From positions 1-12,305 of the forward strand of contig JANMKN010000252.1 in NCBI GenBank assembly GCA_031372065.1: a stretch of 12,305 nt of DNA, in the 5' to 3' direction. Each line of letters starts with the position of its first letter. Position 1 is the stretch's first letter. Positions 5,962 to 12,305 of the stretch are shown piece after piece. A model generated the notes under the pieces. It made no database searches. It was not told where the DNA came from and saw only the letters and a list, made by a program, of their open reading frames with translations. This stretch comes from Abditibacteriaceae bacterium (GTDB lineage: Bacteria > Armatimonadota > Abditibacteriia > Abditibacteriales > Abditibacteriaceae). The position numbers were made by a program, and so were the translations under genes.

Positions 5962-7764
5962 ATGAATTATCGTTTCTCCCTGCGCCTTTTTGCCGTTATT
6001 TGCTGTTTTTCTTCGCTTGTTCAAGCGCAAATGCGTTTGCCGGACACTGCCAGTTTCGCGCCCGCGAATGATCCGTGGCCGCTGGCGCGCGAACGCTGGC
6101 TGGATATTAACAACAATCCATTCAACGCGTGGCTAACGAACGGGCAACCCAACGGCGGCTTTTCGTATGGTAACGCGCAAGTGCAACTGACTTTTGATGG
6201 CGCGCCCGCTGTGCCGTATTTTGTGGGACACATTCGTGCCAGCGGGCTGAAACCCAACTTTTCGTATCAATTGAAATTAGTCGGCAAACCAGAGCGTGGC
6301 ACGCGCGGCTGGGGCACACTCGGTGACGATTTATCGAATGAACGCATCGGCAAAGCCGGACGTTGGTGGTGCGATTCGTCGCACGCCTCGCAAACCAATT
6401 TCGACGACGCGCATTTTTACCGTTATTACAAATACGCGCCGCCGGGCCGCGAACATAACATCTACGGCTATCACTATATGGGCGAATTTGTCACCGACGG
6501 TAAAGGCAACGCGGATGTAGATATTTCAGGCCAGTATTCGTATCACATCACTTGGGCGTCGTGGCAAAACGGCATCCGCGACACTTTATTTGGCACGTTT
6601 CCGGTGCGCGGCGGCGCGCTTAGTGATGGCAGCTTTTACGGCTACGGTTCCAGCGCACCAAATGACAGAGTGACGTTGTATTACGAATATGAAGCGAGCC
6701 GTCCCAAAGAAGTTATTTTGCCGTCGGGAAATTACAAATGCCGCTTTGTGCTAACCGAAGAAACCTTTCACAACACTTCGTATTTGGGCGGCTACTGGAA
6801 AGGCGTGCTGGCAACTGAAGATTACGATGCGCAGGGCCGTCCCACCAGCAATCCGGCGAACGCGGTGAATTTCACTATTGGCGCGCATTCGCCGATTTTG
6901 TCGGACATTACGCCGACTTTTACGGCTTCGCCCGCACAAAGTGCCCGCACTTTCACAGCGGTTTATCGCGATGCTGACAACGATTTGCGCGATGTCTTTT
7001 TGAAAATCGGCAACGGGCCGGATAGTTTGATTTGCCATTATGCGCTGTGGTCAAACAAACTTTTCGTGCGTTCGGGCAGCGGCACATGGCAAGGCGGCGT
7101 TGTTCCGGGCGCCGATGTGAGGTTAAACACCAGTTCCGGCACGCTGCTTTGTAAAACCACCACAGTTACCAAAATTACAGGCGGCTTGCGCGTTGTTTGG
7201 AGCCTCCAAGCCGCCTCGCAATGGACAAATACAACGCAACCTCTCGCTTCTTACGCGCAGGATTTTGTGGGGCTAAAAGTTGGCTGGAACGATTCGGCAT
7301 TTTGGCACCTCGGCTCAAATCAGCCGCCGGTTAATGTCAGCCTTGCCCCTGCCAACAATCATAGCGCCGCCGGAGCGATGCACGTTTTAACGACAACTCA
7401 TTCCGACCCTAATGGCGCCGATGATATTTCGTCGCTGATGGTGGATGTATCCAACGACAGCAACAATTTGCGCGCTTTTTACGATGTGCGGCACAATCTG
7501 CTTTATCTCTACAAAGACGACGGCGTGACATTACAAGGCGGCTTCGCACCCGGCTCGAACAACACAATCTCCAACGCGCAAGGCACTCTTGACTGCGCCG
7601 CGACCAGTGTGCTGATGAGCGGCAACAACATCACCGTCAACTGGGGCCTGATTCCTTCGACATCGCTGGCAGGCACACAACAAACAATTTCACTGTTCAC
7701 CCGCGATTGGCAAGGCGCCCACGATGGCTTTGAATTATTCGGCTCTTGGACGATCACACCTTAA
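5962..7764 (+). CDS. Secreted hypothetical protein, 600 aa, with two tandem ~145-aa beta-rich C-terminal domains
   Basis: Signal peptide ending VQA; aromatic-rich N-terminal half; internal repeat at about 6889-7314 and 7318-7761. Confidence 0.85.
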   Translation: MNYRFSLRLFAVICCFSSLVQAQMRLPDTASFAPANDPWPLARERWLDINNNPFNAWLTNGQPNGGFSYGNAQVQLTFDGAPAVPYFVGHIRASGLKPNFSYQLKLVGKPERGTRGWGTLGDDLSNERIGKAGRWWCDSSHASQTNFDDAHFYRYYKYAPPGREHNIYGYHYMGEFVTDGKGNADVDISGQYSYHITWASWQNGIRDTLFGTFPVRGGALSDGSFYGYGSSAPNDRVTLYYEYEASRPKEVILPSGNYKCRFVLTEETFHNTSYLGGYWKGVLATEDYDAQGRPTSNPANAVNFTIGAHSPILSDITPTFTASPAQSARTFTAVYRDADNDLRDVFLKIGNGPDSLICHYALWSNKLFVRSGSGTWQGGVVPGADVRLNTSSGTLLCKTTTVTKITGGLRVVWSLQAASQWTNTTQPLASYAQDFVGLKVGWNDSAFWHLGSNQPPVNVSLAPANNHSAAGAMHVLTTTHSDPNGADDISSLMVDVSNDSNNLRAFYDVRHNLLYLYKDDGVTLQGGFAPGSNNTISNAQGTLDCAATSVLMSGNNITVNWGLIPSTSLAGTQQTISLFTRDWQGAHDGFELFGSWTITP

Positions 7765-7875
7765 ATTTTAACCACGGATGGACACAGATAAAAACAAAGG
7801 CGTTTTGCGAGCGTGCGCAAAACGCCAATCTAAAAATTAAATCTGTGTCTACCTGTGTTCATCCGTGGTTAAAAT
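7765..7875. repeat. Nested inverted-repeat element with ~10-bp periodic arms (ACACAGAT family) and an inner 11-bp hairpin
   Basis: attttaaccacggatg (7765-7780) / catccgtggttaaaat (7860-7875) are perfect; inner ggcgttttgcg / cgcaaaacgcc at 7799-7826. Confidence 0.9.
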
Positions 7876-7969
7876 CCTGTTGTTAAAATCTCTTGCAACC
7901 GATAACGCGGTGTCTTTTCTAAAATGCCCCGAACGTATAGAGTCGCACTCCATACTGAAATTTGAAGCT

Positions 7970-8710
7970 ATGACTGAAACTCTTGAAGCGCCGCGTGGCG
8001 CGCCTCCGTCGGAGGGGCCACCGATTGCTACCGGCACGCTTGAACCCGAATCTGCCGTGCCGTTGTGGGCCGCTGGCATTGCTGCCGTTGCCTTATTGGC
8101 CGTCTTCGCGCTGGCGATGATGCCCGATGCCAAACCCGGCGCTGCCGATCAATTAACCTTGCCCGTTTTGGGACTTTTCGCCGCGCTTTTCGCGTGGACG
8201 CCTTTGCAACGCCAGGTCGCGCCACAACGCGACGCCGCGACTTTTGCCTTCTGCGCCGCACTCTTTGTGGTTTATGGTTTAGCGCGTCGCACTGTGCCCG
8301 AAAGCCTACCTGCGCTGCATTTCAACGACGAAGAATATCGTTTTTCCTGTGCCGCATGGTGTGTTTTTCTGGGCGCGGTTCTCAGCGCACCCGCGTGGCT
8401 AAAAAGCATCGGCGGCTGGATGCGCGCCTTGCTCGGCGGTTTGTTTATTTTGTTTGTGATTGCTTTGTTCAGCTTCAAATTCATCGGTGGGCATTATCCG
8501 ACGACCTCACCGTCACCAATTGATCCAGCAGTTTTTGTGCTTTTTATGATGCAAACTTTGGAATTCGCCGCCTTAGGCCTATGTTGCGCAAGCGCGGCGG
8601 CGCATCCGCGCCTTCGCCGTTTGATGCTGATGGCCTTACCGATTTTGCTGTGGATGGTTTGGGCGCGTCATCATTTCGCTCCCGCGCCGATTGAAAGCGA
8701 GAACGACTAA
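7970..8710 (+). CDS. Hypothetical integral membrane protein (about 7 TM helices)
   Basis: Multiple hydrophobic segments. ATG 7970 is preferred because the GTG at 7865 lies in the repeat. The stop overlaps the next start (TAATG). Confidence 0.8.
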   Translation: MTETLEAPRGAPPSEGPPIATGTLEPESAVPLWAAGIAAVALLAVFALAMMPDAKPGAADQLTLPVLGLFAALFAWTPLQRQVAPQRDAATFAFCAALFVVYGLARRTVPESLPALHFNDEEYRFSCAAWCVFLGAVLSAPAWLKSIGGWMRALLGGLFILFVIALFSFKFIGGHYPTTSPSPIDPAVFVLFMMQTLEFAALGLCCASAAAHPRLRRLMLMALPILLWMVWARHHFAPAPIESEND

Positions 8711-10164
8711 TGCAAAAGCAATCCGGCGCGCGAAAAATTGACTCGATTTTATTGGCGATTCTCATCGTTTTGATGTGTTCGCAAATCTCTAATTTCACAC
8801 TTGGTAGCGATAAATTTGAGAGATTGGGCTTCGCCACGAAACCGCTTTTCATCGCTTATTGTGATGTGTTTTTGTTGCTGACTTTCGCGTGGTTTTGCGT
8901 GCGCACAACAATGCTCAAGGCGTGGAACAAAATCTGGTGGCCGCCCTTGCCTTGCTGGGCGCTGATTATGGCGATGGTTATCGCGGCGCTGCATTCGCCA
9001 AGCGTAGTGAACGCTTCGATTGAGCATCTGCATGGTATCCATAACCCGGTCAAAATCCTCAAGACTTTGATGAGTCAGGACGCCAAAGAATCAAAAGAAG
9101 CAATTGCAGAAATCATTCAATTTTCGATGTATTTTCTCATCGCGCCGCTGGTTTTCGTGAACTTGATGCATGACCGGCGCGAAGGCGAATTGATTTCGCG
9201 GCGCCGCTTGGCCTTGCACGCTTTTTCCGGCGCGCTTTTGCTGACAACGCTTATCGCGTTTTTAGAACTCTTGACAAGCCGCGAAGCACATGGCCCAAAC
9301 GCGCTTTTCGATTCGGCGAACGCTTACGCGGCGTTTTTGGCACTGACGATGCCGTTTGCGCTCGCGCACATTTTATCCATCTGGAACAAGCCTTTGCCGC
9401 CGTTTATTGCCACTTTGGTCACTATCGCTTTGGCCGCCATTACTTTGATTTCGCCGTGGGCGACTTTGGCAATTGTCATCGGCATTTTGGTGGCAGGCGC
9501 GCTACTCAAACAAGCCTCGCGCGCCATGATAATTTTGGGTGTTCTCTTCGCCGTAACACTCGGTGCGTGGGCACTTTCGGGTTCGTTGCATGAGTCGCGC
9601 ACTAATTTCCTGACGGTTTACAGCACCTATAAACACGAATTGAAACCGGGAGAAGAAGCGAAACCTGTTAATGCGTCGCCCGATTTAAAAAAGCAATTTA
9701 TCGAATGGTATGCCGCGTTGGGTTGGAGTCAGCCGCGTCGCGTGGCGGGCAGCGAAACGGGCGAACGCTCGAAAAACTTCGGCACCGGCGTCGGGCCGGG
9801 CAATTATCAATTGAATATCGGGCCGTATTACAGCAGCTTGCCCAACGAAGAAAAAATGCCGCCCGATTCCAATAATTTGTATTTAGTGCAAGCCGTCGCG
9901 CTGGGCGCTTTGGGCCTTGGCGCTTTATTATGGGTGGTATTGCATTTTGCAAATCTGGCCGTTCAAGCGCGCAAAAAGTTTCCGCACGATTGGCTGGGCG
10001 CGGGTATTTTAGCTTCCTTGGCGGCGGCAGCGTTTGTGAACTTGTTTCATGCCCTGCTCGTCCGGGGCACCGGTTTGACGCTGGCGTTTCTCTTCAGCCT
10101 CGCGGTTATCGCTTGGCTGCAAGGTGAAGGCGATTCGCAACACGCGGATGACCAATCTGTCTGA
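8710..10164 (+). CDS. O-antigen ligase/Wzy_C-like polytopic membrane protein
   Basis: Many TM helices; FDSANAYAAFL, FGTGVGPGNY and DSNNLYLVQAVALGALGL match the order of family motifs, but the HxHN histidines are absent. Confidence 0.75.
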   Translation: MQKQSGARKIDSILLAILIVLMCSQISNFTLGSDKFERLGFATKPLFIAYCDVFLLLTFAWFCVRTTMLKAWNKIWWPPLPCWALIMAMVIAALHSPSVVNASIEHLHGIHNPVKILKTLMSQDAKESKEAIAEIIQFSMYFLIAPLVFVNLMHDRREGELISRRRLALHAFSGALLLTTLIAFLELLTSREAHGPNALFDSANAYAAFLALTMPFALAHILSIWNKPLPPFIATLVTIALAAITLISPWATLAIVIGILVAGALLKQASRAMIILGVLFAVTLGAWALSGSLHESRTNFLTVYSTYKHELKPGEEAKPVNASPDLKKQFIEWYAALGWSQPRRVAGSETGERSKNFGTGVGPGNYQLNIGPYYSSLPNEEKMPPDSNNLYLVQAVALGALGLGALLWVVLHFANLAVQARKKFPHDWLGAGILASLAAAAFVNLFHALLVRGTGLTLAFLFSLAVIAWLQGEGDSQHADDQSV

Positions 10165-10197
10165 AAAATTCACAAAAACAGTGAAAGAAGGAGTTTT

Positions 10198-10731
10198 ATG
10201 AAAAACAAAATTGCTCTGGTTTTGGCCGGTTTAGCCGTTTCTACGGCAGCGCACGCCGCCACCAAACTTTGCATCGAGGCCGAAAGTGCCACAGCCATCG
10301 TGCCTGCCCTAAAAAAGGTCACGTCCGGCACCAAACCGGATTATTCGGGCAAAGGTTACATCCACATTCCGTGGGACAAGAACGAAACCAAAGGTTTGGG
10401 ACAGGCCACTTTGAAATTGAGCGCGCCAAATGCGGGCAATTATTACGTTTCGGCCCGCACTTTTTGGGAAAATGGCTGCGGCAACTCGATTTTGCTGATT
10501 ATCAACGGCCAAGAGCGAATGCTCGGCGAAGATGGCACTTATAATAAGTGGCATTGGGTCAGCAATCCGACGAAAATTCCGCTCAAAGCGGGCGCCAACA
10601 CCATCATCTTGAAAAACCGCGAAACCGGCGTCAAAGTTGACCAGATTTTTCTGACCGACGACAGCGAATACGAGCCACAAGGCATTCGCAAAATCACCAA
10701 TGACGGCGCCACCGGTAACCCGACTAAGTAA
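10198..10731 (+). CDS. Secreted single-domain galactose-binding-fold (CBM6/CBM35-like) protein
   Basis: Signal peptide ending AHA; IEAESA, YSGKGYI, LKAGANTIIL, RETGVKVDQIFLT; GAAGGAG SD. Confidence 0.75.
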   Translation: MKNKIALVLAGLAVSTAAHAATKLCIEAESATAIVPALKKVTSGTKPDYSGKGYIHIPWDKNETKGLGQATLKLSAPNAGNYYVSARTFWENGCGNSILLIINGQERMLGEDGTYNKWHWVSNPTKIPLKAGANTIILKNRETGVKVDQIFLTDDSEYEPQGIRKITNDGATGNPTK

Positions 10732-10752
10732 GTTTTCGAGGTGTTCACACCG

Positions 10753-10799
10753 AAAAAGGCCCGGAAAGAGCAATTTTTACTCTTTCCGGGCCTTTTTTT
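10753..10799. terminator. Bidirectional intrinsic terminator between convergent genes
   Basis: aaaaaggcccggaaagag / ctctttccgggccttttt arms, with an A5 run on one side and a T7 run on the other. Confidence 0.9.
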
Positions 10800-10801
10800 G
10801 C

Positions 10802-11047
10802 CTATTTTGGGCCAGTTTTTGAACGCTTCGGGTCAATTATTGGCCTCTTCGAGTCAGTTATTGGCCCCTTCGGACCAAACATTGGCCCCTTCGGATCAAT
10901 AATTGGCCTCTTCGGGTCAATTATTGAACCCTTCGGATCGATTATTGAGCGCTTCGGGTCAATTATTGGCCCCTTCGGACCAATTATTGGAGTCTTCGGA
11001 CCAATTATTGGACTCTTCGCGCCAAACATTGGCTTCACAACGTCCAT
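10802..11047 (-). CDS. Possible 81-aa heptapeptide-repeat peptide (PII[G/D]PKx)n encoded by the array
   Basis: ATG overlaps the TIR gene end by 13 bp and TAG falls just before the terminator, but it repeatedly uses ATA/AGG codons and may be an incidental frame. Confidence 0.3.
   Translation of the reverse strand: MDVVKPMFGAKSPIIGPKTPIIGPKGPIIDPKRSIIDPKGSIIDPKRPIIDPKGPMFGPKGPITDSKRPIIDPKRSKTGPK
10805..11035. repeat. Tandem array of 11 x 21-bp quasi-palindromic units (consensus CTTCGGRYCAATTATTGGCCY)
   Basis: Units start at 10805 (degenerate), 10826, 10847, 10868, 10889, 10910, 10931, 10952, 10973, 10994 and 11015; no indels, no spacers. Confidence 0.95.
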
Positions 11048-12111
11048 TTATCCATCAGGCGGTCGCAAAAATCTTCGAGTTCGGCGGCGGAATCGGGCTG
11101 CAATTCGCTTTGCAGTTTTTGAACGTGCGCCATTTGGTTGACTACTTCCTGATTCATCGCTTCGACATGGCGCGCCAAGGTTTGCGCGATGCCGAGCATC
11201 AATTTGATGGCCCAGCGTTCGCGATTTTTGAGGCCGTCTTGAAACTTTTGATGCGTGACGCGCCATAAACTGGCCTCGGTTGACGCCACCAAAGTTGCCG
11301 TGCGCGCACTATCCAAAAGCAGGCTCATTTCGCCTAAAATCGCCATTGGCTCGATAGTGTAAAGTGTGCGATCTTCGCCGTCGGGCATATGCAGCATCAC
11401 GGTCATTTGGCCGCTTTCCAGCATAAAAAGCGAGTCACCCTTGTCGCCTTGACGGAATAAAATATCGCCCGCTTTCAATTCCACGCGGTCTAACCCGGCT
11501 TTGACCAAACTCTGGTCGGCTTCCTCGGCAATTTGTTTGTCGGACTGTATTTTGGGCGCCGGAGGCTGCGGAGATGGTAGCGCAGGAAGCTGCAAATCGT
11601 CCTTGTGATTGCTGGTGGCGCGGCGTTCTTCCACCGCAGCGGCAGTGGCATTAGAAGAGGCTTCAGCTTTGGCGGTCAGACCATATTCTTTGGCGTGCGA
11701 GCGGCTAACGATGCGGTTCAGCATAGCCGTGACGGTTTCGGTCACATGGGGCATATGACTTTCAACCGATGGCTGCCACGCATCCAGCCAGTGCACGGCG
11801 CCTAAGAAATACTCAAATTCTTTATCGGGCGCGACGTTTTCGATGCGCAGCGGCAAAACAGCCACGCTTTTATGCACGGCACGCTCGATTTCGCGGCACA
11901 CTTGCGGCGATTCGTTGGCGGCTTCCGAAAATATCAGCAAGACGATCTGACTTTCTTCGATGCCATCAATAATTGCCTCGCTCCAACTCATGCCCGGCAA
12001 AATGTCGCGCGGCGCGATCCAGCATTTGACGGCATGATCTTCCAACGTCCGGCACACTAAATCGGCGACAGTTTTGTCCTGATGGGCGTAACTGATAAAA
12101 ACATCTTGCAT
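11035..12111 (-). CDS. TIR-domain + cyclic-nucleotide-binding-domain fusion protein (358 aa from ATG 12111)
   Basis: DVFISYAHQD, CWIAPRDILPG, SPQVCREIERA (TIR_2-like, catalytic-position Glu); ILFRQGDKGDSLF and LGEMSLLLDSARTATL (phosphate-binding cassette); helical tail without an HTH. Confidence 0.9.
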   Translation of the reverse strand: MQDVFISYAHQDKTVADLVCRTLEDHAVKCWIAPRDILPGMSWSEAIIDGIEESQIVLLIFSEAANESPQVCREIERAVHKSVAVLPLRIENVAPDKEFEYFLGAVHWLDAWQPSVESHMPHVTETVTAMLNRIVSRSHAKEYGLTAKAEASSNATAAAVEERRATSNHKDDLQLPALPSPQPPAPKIQSDKQIAEEADQSLVKAGLDRVELKAGDILFRQGDKGDSLFMLESGQMTVMLHMPDGEDRTLYTIEPMAILGEMSLLLDSARTATLVASTEASLWRVTHQKFQDGLKNRERWAIKLMLGIAQTLARHVEAMNQEVVNQMAHVQKLQSELQPDSAAELEDFCDRLMDKWTL

Positions 12112-12177
12112 TCTGTTTAAAACCTTCCGACACAACAATGCTCTCTAAAAATCAGTTTGCAAAGTGGGCAGATATTT

Positions 12178-12302
12178 CCTCTCCCCAGCGCAGCGATTGG
12201 GGGAGAGGTTAGGTGAGGGGCACGAGGTCGCTGGCGACCTCTTCTGAAACTGATTTACCCCTCACCCCAACCCTCTCCCCCAATCGCTGCGCTGGGGAGA
12301 GG
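12178..12302. repeat. REP-doublet-like element: two inverted hairpin-forming arms around an inner 8-bp hairpin
   Basis: 12178-12220 vs reverse complement of 12258-12302: first 31 nt identical. Each arm self-pairs (cctctcccc...ggggagagg). Inner gaggtcgc / gcgacctc at 12224-12241. Confidence 0.9.
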
Positions 12303-12305
12303 GAG

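Noticed and set aside
7893..7925. TTGCAA...TAAAAT promoter for the membrane-protein unit
   Set aside because: The spacer is 21 bp, too long for a sigma70 promoter.
10805..11035. CRISPR array
   Set aside because: Units are contiguous 21-mers with no unique spacers, and there are no cas genes in the window.
10805..11036. Third minus-strand frame (SEGANNW)n with TGG and TGA alternating, suggesting TGA=Trp recoding
   Set aside because: TGA ends the response regulator, can, the ligase-like gene and the TIR gene, so the standard code applies. The alternation fits G/A variation in the dyad.
10903..11268. Plus-strand ORF with LLxxSxQ heptads
   Set aside because: Antisense to the TIR gene, located after the terminator, TTG start, and the same frame has a TAA within the array near 10900.
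4457..12060. Remaining short overlapping ORFs in the track within the accessory genes
   Set aside because: Antisense or out-of-frame shadows of longer, motif-supported CDSs.

Overview
Bacterial chromosomal window; a lineage such as Armatimonadota/Abditibacteriota is only a guess from protein style. Bases 1-4400 (minus strand) hold the core translation cluster tRNA-Pro, Gly, Arg, Thr, Tyr, Thr, rpmG, tRNA-Trp, secE, nusG, rplK, rplA, rplJ. It has two good sigma70 promoters, no tuf gene and no L10 leader. Many of its spacers are filled by inverted-repeat elements built from 7-bp tandem units of several different families. The window starts in an exact duplicate of the rplJ segment that begins the L12-binding C-terminal helix. 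Next come a receiver + zinc-ribbon response regulator, a beta carbonic anhydrase and four plus-strand envelope genes (600-aa secreted repeat protein, membrane protein, O-antigen-ligase-like protein lacking the usual His motif, secreted CBM-like protein). Converging on these is a TIR + cyclic-nucleotide-binding-domain fusion gene, with an 11 x 21-bp quasi-palindromic array downstream and a REP-doublet-like element with a G-quadruplex motif upstream. The best candidates for new biology are the TIR-CNBD/21-bp-array unit, the heptamer inverted-repeat spacers and the rplJ 3' duplication. All calls come from reading the sequence; no searches were run.
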